This document shows, one piece after another, positions 10,509-18,465 of a stretch of DNA of 64,000 nucleotides. The stretch's first letter is position 1. Each line of letters opens with the position of its first letter. The stretch comes from Minisyncoccota bacterium (lineage in GTDB: Bacteria > Patescibacteriota > Minisyncoccia > Phycocordibacterales > UBA918), in assembly GCA_041389045.1 (NCBI GenBank), contig JAWKSQ010000002.1, positions 151,898 to 215,897 on the forward strand, written 5' to 3'. Under the pieces are notes generated by a model that was given only the letters and a program-made list of their open reading frames with translations, searched no databases and had not been told where the DNA came from. The translations under genes were made by a program, and so were the position numbers.

Positions 10509-10916
10509 TTATTCAAATGCTTTAACCGGGTCTCCATGGCGGTGCTCTTTAGCTAGGTCAAGCATTGCCGCCACGATTGTCAGACTTGCGAGTTTACGAA
10601 GAAGCGTTCGGCCACTCATGAAGTGGTTAGTTACTGTGCCCAGACCAACTTCGGTCAGGGTAGTCCGAGTCGAAGCGCCGTAGCCCCTCTCCTTGCGCTC
10701 GATCGTCGCTTCATCGCCACCACGGCCAAGTGATGCGATTAGACCGAGCTTGTCGTCGCCCCATGCCATGAGTTCTCTCTCAACCTCCGCCTGAAATTGA
10801 CACATGAACCACTGGGCGTTGATCATTTCAGGATTTCTAGATATGGATTGCCACACCTCAAGCACTCCCATCATCTGCCTAACGACGTTGTACAGGTATT
10901 CAAGGTTCTTTCGCAT
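10509..10916 (-). CDS. hypothetical protein in a patch that looks GC-richer
   Basis: An AAGGAGA Shine-Dalgarno lies upstream of ATGATTATG. I recognise no family. It is adjacent to the tRNA-Ser fragment repeats. Confidence 0.5.
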   Translation of the reverse strand: MRKNLEYLYNVVRQMMGVLEVWQSISRNPEMINAQWFMCQFQAEVERELMAWGDDKLGLIASLGRGGDEATIERKERGYGASTRTTLTEVGLGTVTNHFMSGRTLLRKLASLTIVAAMLDLAKEHRHGDPVKAFE

Positions 10917-11040
10917 AATCATTCTCCTTGAGAGGAGTTTCCGCTACCCAAAATGGACAGTACCTATGCGACAAGGTACTTAAGCGAAGCTAATAAATTA
11001 GCTTATATATAGGAGCACATTTTATGCTATCAGTCAATCT

Positions 11041-11059
11041 GCGGAGGATGTGAGATTCG
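11041..11059 (-). repeat. 19-nt copy of the 3' end of the minus-strand tRNA-Ser (att-like)
   Basis: gcggaggatgtgagattcg is identical at 11041-11059 and 11228-11246. A third, inverted copy (cgaatctcacatcc) lies at 11164-11177. Confidence 0.8.
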
Positions 11060-11070
11060 GTCACTCTCAT

Positions 11071-11110
11071 AGATTTTCTTTCTCCGCCAGCTGGCGGAGA
11101 AAGAAAATCT
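11071..11110. repeat. 40-bp perfect palindrome
   Basis: agattttctttctccgccag|ctggcggagaaagaaaatct has no spacer between the arms. Confidence 0.9.
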
Positions 11111-11193
11111 CATTCGCTTCGACCCCCACTCGCGTCGACCCAGAGGGACCCCGACACTCGGTTCGAATCTCACATCCCCGCGCTCGCACAAAC

Positions 11194-11220
11194 AAAAGCA
11201 ACCCTATTCGGGTTGCTTTT
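11194..11220 (-). terminator. rho-independent terminator just 3' of the minus-strand tRNA
   Basis: aaaagcaaccc/gggttgctttt form the stem. On the minus strand it is followed by TTTTGTTTG. Confidence 0.65.
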
Positions 11221-11228
11221 GGTGCTCG

Positions 11229-11315
11229 CGGAGGATGTGAGATTCGAACTCACGGGACCGGTTAGGGTCCGGCGGTTTAGTAAACCGCTGGTTTAAGCCA
11301 CTCACCCAATCCTCC
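11229..11315 (-). tRNA. type II (long variable arm) tRNA, Ser-like, with hand-folded anticodon ACU
   Basis: Acceptor GGAGGAT/ATCCTCC with discriminator G. T-arm GTGAG-TTCGAAT-CTCAC. Variable arm GGACC..GGTCC. Anticodon stem GCGGT/ACCGC with loop TTACTAA. CCA is not encoded. Confidence 0.7.
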
Positions 11316-11427
11316 ATTCTATTTCGTCTTGGTTTCGTTCCACTCCCTTAGTCTTCATTGCTCCGCAATATTGACTATCGTTCGCTTCGCTCCGAACGGA
11401 TGAAAACTAAAGTAGTTTAGTTTTCAT

Positions 11428-11457
11428 ACCCAATCCTCCATTTCATTTCGTCTTGTA
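11428..11457 (-). repeat. partial duplicate of the tRNA 5' end plus its upstream leader
   Basis: acccaatcctccatt...atttcgtcttg at 11428-11457 versus 11304-11333, with a few mismatches. Confidence 0.7.
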
Positions 11458-11710
11458 CTCGTTCCACTACTTCTGTAGCGGTGATTGTAGCTTAAAATCA
11501 CAAATTATGGAACTCTAACTATATTTACAAACAAACTTTCAGATAAAGTTAAAAAATGCTATCGTACTACCACTTAAGGTTACAAGCCTTAGACATGGGG
11601 ACGTGGCCATAGATTCTAAACTGCTTTAGAATCTATCCGGTCGAGCTTTGCTCGATCAACCGTTACGAAGTAGGTTGAAGGGAGTGGAACGAAGCAAGTT
11701 GTAATAAAAT

Positions 11711-11797
11711 GGAGACGTGGCTGAGTGGCCGAAAGCGCCTCACTGCTAACGAGGTAGGGTCTAAAAGCCCTCGGAGGTTCGAATCCTCTCGTCTCCG
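11711..11797 (+). tRNA. tRNA-Ser (GCU)
   Basis: GGAGACG...CGTCTCC acceptor, discriminator G, anticodon loop CTGCTAA, long variable arm, T-loop GGTTCGAATCC. Confidence 0.9.
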
Positions 11798-11930
11798 CAG
11801 TGAATAAAGTGAGTGAAGGAGACAGGAAGGAACAGTCCAGGTGACTGTTCCGAGAGGTTCGAAGCTGTTTTGAGAAAATTTATGAGCGAAGCGAAATAAA
11901 TTGTCCAAAACGGGTACTGAAACTGTAAGT

Positions 11931-11952
11931 TTCGAATCCTCTCGTCTCCGCA
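11931..11952 (+). repeat. 22-nt direct repeat of the tRNA-Ser(GCU) 3' end (att-like scar)
   Basis: ttcgaatcctctcgtctccgca is identical at 11778-11799 and 11931-11952. Confidence 0.85.
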
Positions 11953-12021
11953 AATACAAAAACTGCATGGCTGGGTATAGGTTCTTAATTTTAAGGTCTG
12001 TACAATATTAGTTCGAATTAA

Positions 12022-12660
12022 TTAAGATAAACTTGTACCGTCACTCCCCTTACTCACAAATTTGGCATATAACCTCTTTGCCATTAGAGACAAAAGGTAA
12101 ACAAGTACAAAACCAAGGATTAGACTTGTTACTAGGCGATAAGTAGCAAAGGCTTTACTAATAAACTCACTAAAGAGCACAGCAATACTAGTGATGACTA
12201 GTACATAAATAAAAGCCCCAATAAAATTGTAGATAAAAAAACGGAAGAAGGAGATTGACTGCTGAGCAAGGTAGACAATAATCGCTAAACGAGTACCGAT
12301 GAAAAATTTAAGAAAGAGAATGGAAAGAAATGCTTTATCCCTAATGATATGTAAGTAGGGTGTAATAGTCGGCGGAGGCGTTACCTGGCGGAATGCCCTG
12401 GGGATCAAACGTTGCGGGAAAAATCGACTAATTAAAAACCAGGAGGTGTCTGCACTAATTGTTGCCAGCAGTGAACTCACGAACACAAACTCTAAGCTAA
12501 AAACACCTTGTTGCGCTAGTACCAGTGACACAAAAATAGCTACCTCGCCCAAGAAAAAGACACTGACAAACACCGCTATCAAGGCGTAATCGCTCATGGA
12601 CGCCAGAAGCAGAATCCCCTGCATGTCTAATTGGCTCAAATTATCAATAATTTCATTCAT
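12022..12660 (-). CDS. DedA/VTT-domain-like integral membrane protein
   Basis: 212 aa and polytopic, with a central ...FLKFFIGTRLAIIVYLAQ... region resembling the DedA family. Confidence 0.5.
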   Translation of the reverse strand: MNEIIDNLSQLDMQGILLLASMSDYALIAVFVSVFFLGEVAIFVSLVLAQQGVFSLEFVFVSSLLATISADTSWFLISRFFPQRLIPRAFRQVTPPPTITPYLHIIRDKAFLSILFLKFFIGTRLAIIVYLAQQSISFFRFFIYNFIGAFIYVLVITSIAVLFSEFISKAFATYRLVTSLILGFVLVYLLSLMAKRLYAKFVSKGSDGTSLS

Positions 12661-12703
12661 TAATGATTTATCATCATTACTATTAATAGTAAATTAAAAA
12701 GTC

Positions 12704-13777
12704 TTAGTTTTTAAAGACAACTTCCGGTTCTTTACGGAAGGAACGACGTGGTTCACCTTCTGTTTTACCTACCCGCATTATACACATAATATGTTCATTG
12801 TCTTTCACTGCAAAAATTTCCCGATACTCTTCCGTCACATCACAGACCAAATCGATTTCGTCTGCACCAAACAAACTAGGCGCCACATCTAACACTTGCT
12901 TGATTAGTATCGAAGAAAAAGCTGGCTGTGCTGAGAGTCCAGCCCTAGTCAAAACCAGCCAAAGTCTCTCAAAAAGTTGTCCCGCTTTAACGTAGTCAGA
13001 CGGCTGATGATTCTTGGAAACAATAGCGATATATGCCCCCGCCTGCATATAACGACTCTCTTCTAGCTTAGCGGCTAGGTCTGCTATGCCAAATTTATTT
13101 AAGAAATTCACTATTGGCCAGACACCGAGAATGTATCTAAACAGAAACTGCTTAGCCAGATTTAATTCGAGTGTGATAGCATCTAGACCATCCTTAGTTC
13201 TTATAGCACTACGCTTGTTCCAACGTAACGACCCAAAAAATTCATGATGGAAAGGCTTATTAGAAAAAGTTATCTTTAGTTGGAGCGTAATTAATCTAGC
13301 AATGATTCTTATTTTGGCTTTATTATCAAGCACTATAAGTCTCATGTCATTTTCTAAACTTTGAGACAACTCTGAGATTTCATCTAAAACACTAGAGTCC
13401 AGGGACAATGTCTGGTACGGGCGTCTATCAGTTACCCGTTTTTCAATATATTCAAAAAGTCTAACTCCTTTGTCCTCAGAATTTTCCACCAAACAAATAT
13501 CCGCTATACGCCATGGATCTGATTCATCAGGAAAATAGGTCACATTTGCATCATAACCATAATGATCAGACGCAATGACCATGTTTTCAATTAGAGCGCC
13601 GTAGGTGACATTAGTAGCTTCTGAGAGCCTATCGATTGGACCACTGAGTATTTCTTCCCTATGAAAAATAGAAATGACATTACCAGAAACCTCAAAACGC
13701 CACGGCTGGAGATTGTCTCCGGACGGAGCCTTAGTGCCAGATTTTATGATATTTAAAATATCACTCTTCAAATTCAT
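12704..13777 (-). CDS. nitroreductase-family protein (double-domain size)
   Basis: The N-terminal APSGDNLQPWRF motif is typical of the nitroreductase fold. 357 aa. Confidence 0.75.
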   Translation of the reverse strand: MNLKSDILNIIKSGTKAPSGDNLQPWRFEVSGNVISIFHREEILSGPIDRLSEATNVTYGALIENMVIASDHYGYDANVTYFPDESDPWRIADICLVENSEDKGVRLFEYIEKRVTDRRPYQTLSLDSSVLDEISELSQSLENDMRLIVLDNKAKIRIIARLITLQLKITFSNKPFHHEFFGSLRWNKRSAIRTKDGLDAITLELNLAKQFLFRYILGVWPIVNFLNKFGIADLAAKLEESRYMQAGAYIAIVSKNHQPSDYVKAGQLFERLWLVLTRAGLSAQPAFSSILIKQVLDVAPSLFGADEIDLVCDVTEEYREIFAVKDNEHIMCIMRVGKTEGEPRRSFRKEPEVVFKN

Positions 13778-13948
13778 ACCAACTTAATTATAGCAGATGT
13801 ATTATACCAATTGGTCAAATACAACTCTCTAAAAAGCAAATTGATTAAACCAAGCCTAAACAAGGCAAACTAATTAAAAAAGAAAAGGCGCTTGGGGAAA
13901 TCCCAAAGCGCCATAGTCGTTGATCTGACCGTAGCTTGCGCCCGTCGG

Positions 13949-14146
13949 TCAGTTTTTGGTCCAACGACTATATGGGTCAAAGTGACCCACTCCTATAGTA
14001 ATCATGCAAGCGATTACTGGCACAGAACCAGGTCCCAGACCTCCAATGTACGCACTTTTCACATGTCCAACATGTAATTGATGCGGAAGGTGGACCACCG
14101 GCTCTGGCCTTTTCGGTTCTGCTTTTTTTGTCTCTTCTACTCTCAT
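13949..14146 (-). CDS. small hypothetical protein (65 aa) with a hydrophobic C-terminal segment
   Basis: A purine-rich SD (agaggaaaagg) precedes the ATG. A terminator hairpin with a T-run lies downstream (13888-13915 on minus). TTGACT-17-TATAAA lies upstream at 14277-14305. Confidence 0.45.
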   Translation of the reverse strand: MRVEETKKAEPKRPEPVVHLPHQLHVGHVKSAYIGGLGPGSVPVIACMITIGVGHFDPYSRWTKN

Positions 14147-14184
14147 CCTTTTCCTCTTTTGGATTTTGTGTTTTTACCAGTCCC

Positions 14185-14247
14185 GGCGGGACCAGCCAAA
14201 TACCATCATTAAGCCTTGGCTTATCATTGCATTTGGCTGGTCCCGCC
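14185..14247 (-). promoter_or_regulatory. long hairpin in the 5' leader of the 65-aa gene
   Basis: ggcgggaccagccaaat / atttggctggtcccgcc is a 17-bp perfect stem with a 29-nt partly paired loop. It lies between the predicted promoter and the SD. Confidence 0.5.
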
Positions 14248-14405
14248 TCATGGAGAAACTTCTACAGAGAGCGATATTTATACCCTAGCCTAAGAACTTA
14301 GTCAATCTCTACTGTTTATTACAATCTGCACAAAAGAATATTTCATGTTACGATTTTAATTGGGATTTGTACAACGCCTTTAAACCTGACGAAAGGAGGT
14401 GAACC

Positions 14406-14633
14406 GTGCCTGATTTAGTAAACACAAACGAGGTTGCTAAGCCAGATGCAGCTTTACCTGTACTTGAAAAATACGGGTTAGGCTTTAAATCAGATGAGGA
14501 AATAACCCCCAAAGGCATTTTTCTCAGAATGGAAATTGCCAGAACCAAGGGTCAAGAACACGCGAAGCAAGTGTTGATCCACTTACTTATTGCTTTAGAC
14601 AAGGAGGTCCTTTGTTTTCACCCCAAACAATAA
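14406..14633 (+). CDS. hypothetical protein (75 aa)
   Basis: GTG start 6 nt after AAAGGAGGTG. The hairpin ccgcgca..tgcgcgg plus a T-rich tract follows at about 14659-14690. Confidence 0.45.
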   Translation: MPDLVNTNEVAKPDAALPVLEKYGLGFKSDEEITPKGIFLRMEIARTKGQEHAKQVLIHLLIALDKEVLCFHPKQ

Positions 14634-14753
14634 TACTCATCCGGTTGCACACATACTCCGCGCACTCACCATGCGCGGTTCGTTTTATACACAAAGCAAA
14701 TCCCGGCACTGCAAGCGCAATGCCGGGTATTTTTGAAGTGATGCAGTCTCGAA

Positions 14754-14918
14754 CTACATCAAGCTTGTTGTCGAAACTGGCGCCGATTGAGGAAAATCAT
14801 CTCCGTACAAGTCTTCATCGTACAGAGTACGCAAGTACAGACGCCAAGCGCGCCGTTCTGCACAGGCCGCTGAACGTGAGCGACGTTGGCGACGAACTTC
14901 TTGTTTTGATGCATTCAT
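14754..14918 (-). CDS. small basic hypothetical protein (54 aa, below the ORF-track cutoff)
   Basis: My own translation is MNASKQEVRRQRRSRSAACAERRAWRLYLRTLYDEDLYGDDFPQSAPVSTTSLM. It is followed on the minus strand by the hairpin cccggca..tgccggg and a T-rich tract. Confidence 0.35.
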   Translation of the reverse strand: MNASKQEVRRQRRSRSAACAERRAWRLYLRTLYDEDLYGDDFPQSAPVSTTSLM

Positions 14919-15054
14919 GACAACACTCCAGTTGGTTGATGAACCTGGACTTTCCTGTCCAATTTAAAATATAACAAAGATGTCAAAATAAATAAACCGG
15001 AATAAAAGAAAAACGAGACCCGGGGAAGGTCTCGTCCTCAACTTAAGGGACAAC

Positions 15055-15309
15055 TCAATCATCCAGAGGATCATAGTCGTCGACCCAACCGGCACGAGTG
15101 ACCCTGGCATGATCTTCAGCATCAACTTGAAGTTGCCTTTCCCACTCCTGCGTTTTAAATCTGAAAACCAGCGAATTCTCATTAGCTACTTTAGCGCCAA
15201 GTTTGCCACAACGACTGAGCTTATCGTGATTGTCGCACAAACCTGCTCTGGTCTCATCAACTAACGCTTGAATATGTCCTGGACGAACCCTTTCCTTTAC
15301 GTTGGTCAT
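15055..15309 (-). CDS. hypothetical protein (84 aa)
   Basis: Strong SD (TTAGGAGGTGACATTATG). The terminator acgagacc..ggtctcgt plus a T-run lies at about 15012-15045 on minus. Confidence 0.5.
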   Translation of the reverse strand: MTNVKERVRPGHIQALVDETRAGLCDNHDKLSRCGKLGAKVANENSLVFRFKTQEWERQLQVDAEDHARVTRAGWVDDYDPLDD

Positions 15310-15378
15310 AATGTCACCTCCTAACTTTTATTATACCATATTTAATGGTGAATGTACAGCACTACCAACGATTGTGCA

Positions 15379-16236
15379 TTACACCGCTAAAGAATTTTTT
15401 CGAGCCGCTTTAAGTTGCTGGTATAGCAAGACTGAGAGGAAGATACTTCCCTGTACGAAGACGATCGTGCCACCCGTAGAGACATTAAAATAGTAGCTAG
15501 CATAAGCTCCTGTCAGAGAACTTAGTACACTTAATCCCACTGCAATCTGTAGCATGCTAGAAAACTTTTTCGTAAGAAGAAAAGCCGTAGAGCCAGGAGT
15601 AATAAGCATCGCAATCACGAGAATAATACCAACGGTCTGTAGTGACCCCGTAATAGTAATGGCGAGAAGCACCAAGAAAGCATAGTGTATAAACTTAACT
15701 GGCATACCAACCGCCTGGGCGTAAAGTTGGTCAAAACAAAACACCATAAAAGTGCGACGAAAAGTTAAGACTATTGCCGTCACCAATGCCAAAGTCCCGA
15801 CTGTGTACCAAGCAGAATAATCAGAAATACCAAGCACTTCTCCAAACAATACGTGGGTCAGATCCACCGAACTAATCGTCCGAGAAATCAAGATAAGACC
15901 GAGAGCAAAAAAGGTGGTGAAAACAATACCCATAATGGCATCTTCCTTTATTTTGGTATTAGTCTTGATAAAGCCAATGAGAAACACTGCCAGCATCGCA
16001 AAGATAAATGCCCCGACCCCAAACGGAATCCCAACAATGTACGCCAAAACGACACCTGGCAAGACAGCGTGTGAGATAGCGTCACCTAAAAGTGACCACC
16101 CCTTGAGAATTAGGAAGCATGACAAAACCGCGCAGGTAATACCAACCACCACCGACACCACCACAGCCTTAGCCATGAAAGCGTACTGTAGAGGTTCGAT
16201 TAAAAACTGAATTATTTCCATATTATTAATTATCAA
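15379..16236 (-). CDS. Mn/Zn-type ABC importer permease (ABC-3 family)
   Basis: 285 aa and polytopic. It is the last gene of the SBP-ATPase-permease operon and overlaps the ATPase gene by 11 nt. Confidence 0.9.
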   Translation of the reverse strand: MIINNMEIIQFLIEPLQYAFMAKAVVVSVVVGITCAVLSCFLILKGWSLLGDAISHAVLPGVVLAYIVGIPFGVGAFIFAMLAVFLIGFIKTNTKIKEDAIMGIVFTTFFALGLILISRTISSVDLTHVLFGEVLGISDYSAWYTVGTLALVTAIVLTFRRTFMVFCFDQLYAQAVGMPVKFIHYAFLVLLAITITGSLQTVGIILVIAMLITPGSTAFLLTKKFSSMLQIAVGLSVLSSLTGAYASYYFNVSTGGTIVFVQGSIFLSVLLYQQLKAARKNSLAV

Positions 16237-16969
16237 ATTTAATGTGATGCATCACCCCATCAAAGGTTTTTGTCACCAACTCTTTAGTAAAGACTTCTTT
16301 AGTTGGACCATAGGCAATAACGGTACCTTTCACTAACGCAACATGATCGCAAGTATCAGACAGTGAAGTGAGTTCATGCGTCGCCAAGATAATGGTCTTA
16401 CCTTCGTTACGAAGTGTTACCAAGAGCGCAGTCAAAGAACGTTCACTGAGAGCATCAAGTCCGGCAAAAGGTTCATCCAGCAGTAGGATGTCTGCTCCTT
16501 GCGCTAGCGCGCGCGCTACGAAAACGCGCTTTTTTTGCCCACCCGACAACTCACCGATCTGTCTATCGGTATAGTCTGTCATACTTACCTTTGCCAAAGC
16601 ATCTTCTACCATTCTTTTATCTTCAGTCGTGGGAGTCTTCAGAAAATTCTGCCGACCAATGCGACCCATCATCACCACTTCATAAACCGAGACCGGAAAA
16701 TCCCAGTCCACCAGTTCGCTTTGTGGGACATAAGCGACATGTCCGTGCTTTTGAGCCACACTAGTTTCGTCACCACAGACAAAGACCTCACCACATCGAG
16801 TGGGGATAAGACCCATAATGACTTTAAATAGCGTTGATTTACCAGCGCCATTCATACCGATTACGCCAGTGAAGGTTTTATAGGGTATTTTTATCGAAGC
16901 ATCTTTAAGGGCTGACTTGCCGTTATATTCGACATTCACGCCATTCATTTCGATTGCAAACTCATTCAT
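16226..16969 (-). CDS. metal ABC importer ATP-binding protein
   Basis: Walker A GMNGAGKST, signature LSGGQKKR, Walker B LLLDEP. Confidence 0.9.
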   Translation of the reverse strand: MNEFAIEMNGVNVEYNGKSALKDASIKIPYKTFTGVIGMNGAGKSTLFKVIMGLIPTRCGEVFVCGDETSVAQKHGHVAYVPQSELVDWDFPVSVYEVVMMGRIGRQNFLKTPTTEDKRMVEDALAKVSMTDYTDRQIGELSGGQKKRVFVARALAQGADILLLDEPFAGLDALSERSLTALLVTLRNEGKTIILATHELTSLSDTCDHVALVKGTVIAYGPTKEVFTKELVTKTFDGVMHHIKFDN

Positions 16970-16976
16970 AAATAAT

Positions 16977-17894
16977 CTAATTTCCTAAAAGACCATCAGT
17001 AATAGTCTTCGCTGTATATTCTAATAATGCCAGGTAAGTTGGAGCCGGACCATTAGTAGCCGAAAGTGAATCGACATAAAGCACACCGCCAAGCTTAGCG
17101 TTTGTGGCCGCTACCACTTCTTGCTGAATCTTAGGCGCAACGGTACTCTCACAGAAAACGGCCGGAATTTTTTCTTTAACTACGTTAATAACCTTAGCAA
17201 CCTGTTGTGGTGAACCTTGAGCATCAGAGTTGATTGCCCAGAGATAGACTTCAGAGAGTCCGTAGTCTTTAGTCAGATAAGTAAAGGCTCCTTCACAAGT
17301 TACTAGATAGCGATTGTCTTCTGGTAACTTGGACAAAGCCTCACTGAGTTCAACATCGACTGCCTGAATCTTAGCTGAATATTCCTTGGCATTCTCAGCA
17401 AAATACTCAGCATTCTCTGGATCCAAATCAGACAAAGCCTGGCGAATATTTTCCACATACACCAATCCTTGCTTTGGTGACATCCAAGCGTGTGGGTTCG
17501 GTTTTCCAGCATAAGCATCTTCAGAAATAGACACCACTTCCACCCCCTCACTGACGATAACTGATGGCATGTCAGGTAGACCAGCTCTTAGTTTTTCGGT
17601 CCAAATCTCTAAGTTCATACCATTTTCAAATAAAACATCAGCCTTTGAAGCTTGGACTAAATCGTCTGGAGTTGGTTGATAGCCGTGGATTTCCGCTCCT
17701 GGTTTTGTAAGCGAGATTGATTCGATTCGGTCACCTCCGACCGCGCTTACCATGTCAGCGATAATAGTAAAGGTACTCAAGGCGACCAACTTATCATCAC
17801 CACTATTTACATCCTCTGCTTCTGGAGCATTGGCGTAGTCAACAATCAGGAGCACAATCACTAAAGTTAGAGCAATTATTAATACTTTTTTCAT
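16977..17894 (-). CDS. metal (Mn/Zn) ABC substrate-binding protein, cluster A-I
   Basis: 305 aa with an N-terminal signal/anchor and TroA/PsaA-like content (HGYQPTP, PHAWMSP). Confidence 0.9.
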   Translation of the reverse strand: MKKVLIIALTLVIVLLIVDYANAPEAEDVNSGDDKLVALSTFTIIADMVSAVGGDRIESISLTKPGAEIHGYQPTPDDLVQASKADVLFENGMNLEIWTEKLRAGLPDMPSVIVSEGVEVVSISEDAYAGKPNPHAWMSPKQGLVYVENIRQALSDLDPENAEYFAENAKEYSAKIQAVDVELSEALSKLPEDNRYLVTCEGAFTYLTKDYGLSEVYLWAINSDAQGSPQQVAKVINVVKEKIPAVFCESTVAPKIQQEVVAATNAKLGGVLYVDSLSATNGPAPTYLALLEYTAKTITDGLLGN

Positions 17895-17924
17895 ATCTTA
17901 TTTTATTTCTAATTAATTTTTAAA

Positions 17925-18365
17925 TTATTTCCAATTTTTAACTTTTGGTAAGGCGGAACCATGTGGATCATTTTTAGGATATTTCAAAAACTCAGCCAGG
18001 CGCTGTGTCACCTCATCACTAAAAGCGTGTTCTAGTTTTTCTGCTTCAGCATGAACCAACTCCTTAGGTATCGCTAAGGTTTGATTTAAAAATACTTCAA
18101 TCAAACGATGCTTGTAGGTCATCTTTTCGCCCACCTCCCCACCTTTCTTGGTGAGCTCCACCTCCGCGTAGGGTAAGGCGATAACTAAACCATCCTTTTC
18201 AAGTTCCTTAACTCTTTCAGAGACAGTGGACTTACTCAGACCAAGCTTGTCAGCTATTTGCGTCACTCCAGTACCAGCACCATTTTCACGTAAGATGTAG
18301 ATGGCTCTAACGTAATCTTCTTTCGTGGCAGACATGGCACCTTGATCAGGAGAATTTGTTCGCAT
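17925..18365 (-). CDS. DtxR/MntR-family metal-dependent repressor
   Basis: EDYVRAIY...VTQIADKLGLSKSTVSERVKELEKDGLV is a winged HTH. It heads the metal importer operon. The true start may be the second Met at 18335. Confidence 0.85.
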   Translation of the reverse strand: MRTNSPDQGAMSATKEDYVRAIYILRENGAGTGVTQIADKLGLSKSTVSERVKELEKDGLVIALPYAEVELTKKGGEVGEKMTYKHRLIEVFLNQTLAIPKELVHAEAEKLEHAFSDEVTQRLAEFLKYPKNDPHGSALPKVKNWK

Positions 18366-18410
18366 ACCCGAACAATACTGTACTCACCGGTTTTTTGCAA
18401 GTGAAATAAT

Positions 18411-18450
18411 AAACCGGCGCAAATTCTCAGCCGAGAATTTGCGCCGGTTT
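18411..18450. terminator. bidirectional hairpin terminator
   Basis: aaaccggcgcaaattctc-agcc-gagaatttgcgccggttt is a perfect 18-bp stem. Confidence 0.75.
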
Positions 18451-18465
18451 ATGTCCCCCCTTTTT

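Noticed and set aside
11050-11968. Track ORFs 11050-11265 (+) and 11663-11968 (-)
   Set aside because: They run through tRNA genes, tRNA fragments, palindromes and terminators. They have no SD and their peptides are implausible.
14612-14920. 102-aa plus-strand ORF
   Set aside because: It spans two terminator hairpins and has no SD. The opposite strand has a 54-codon ORF with its own terminator, which I list at low confidence instead.
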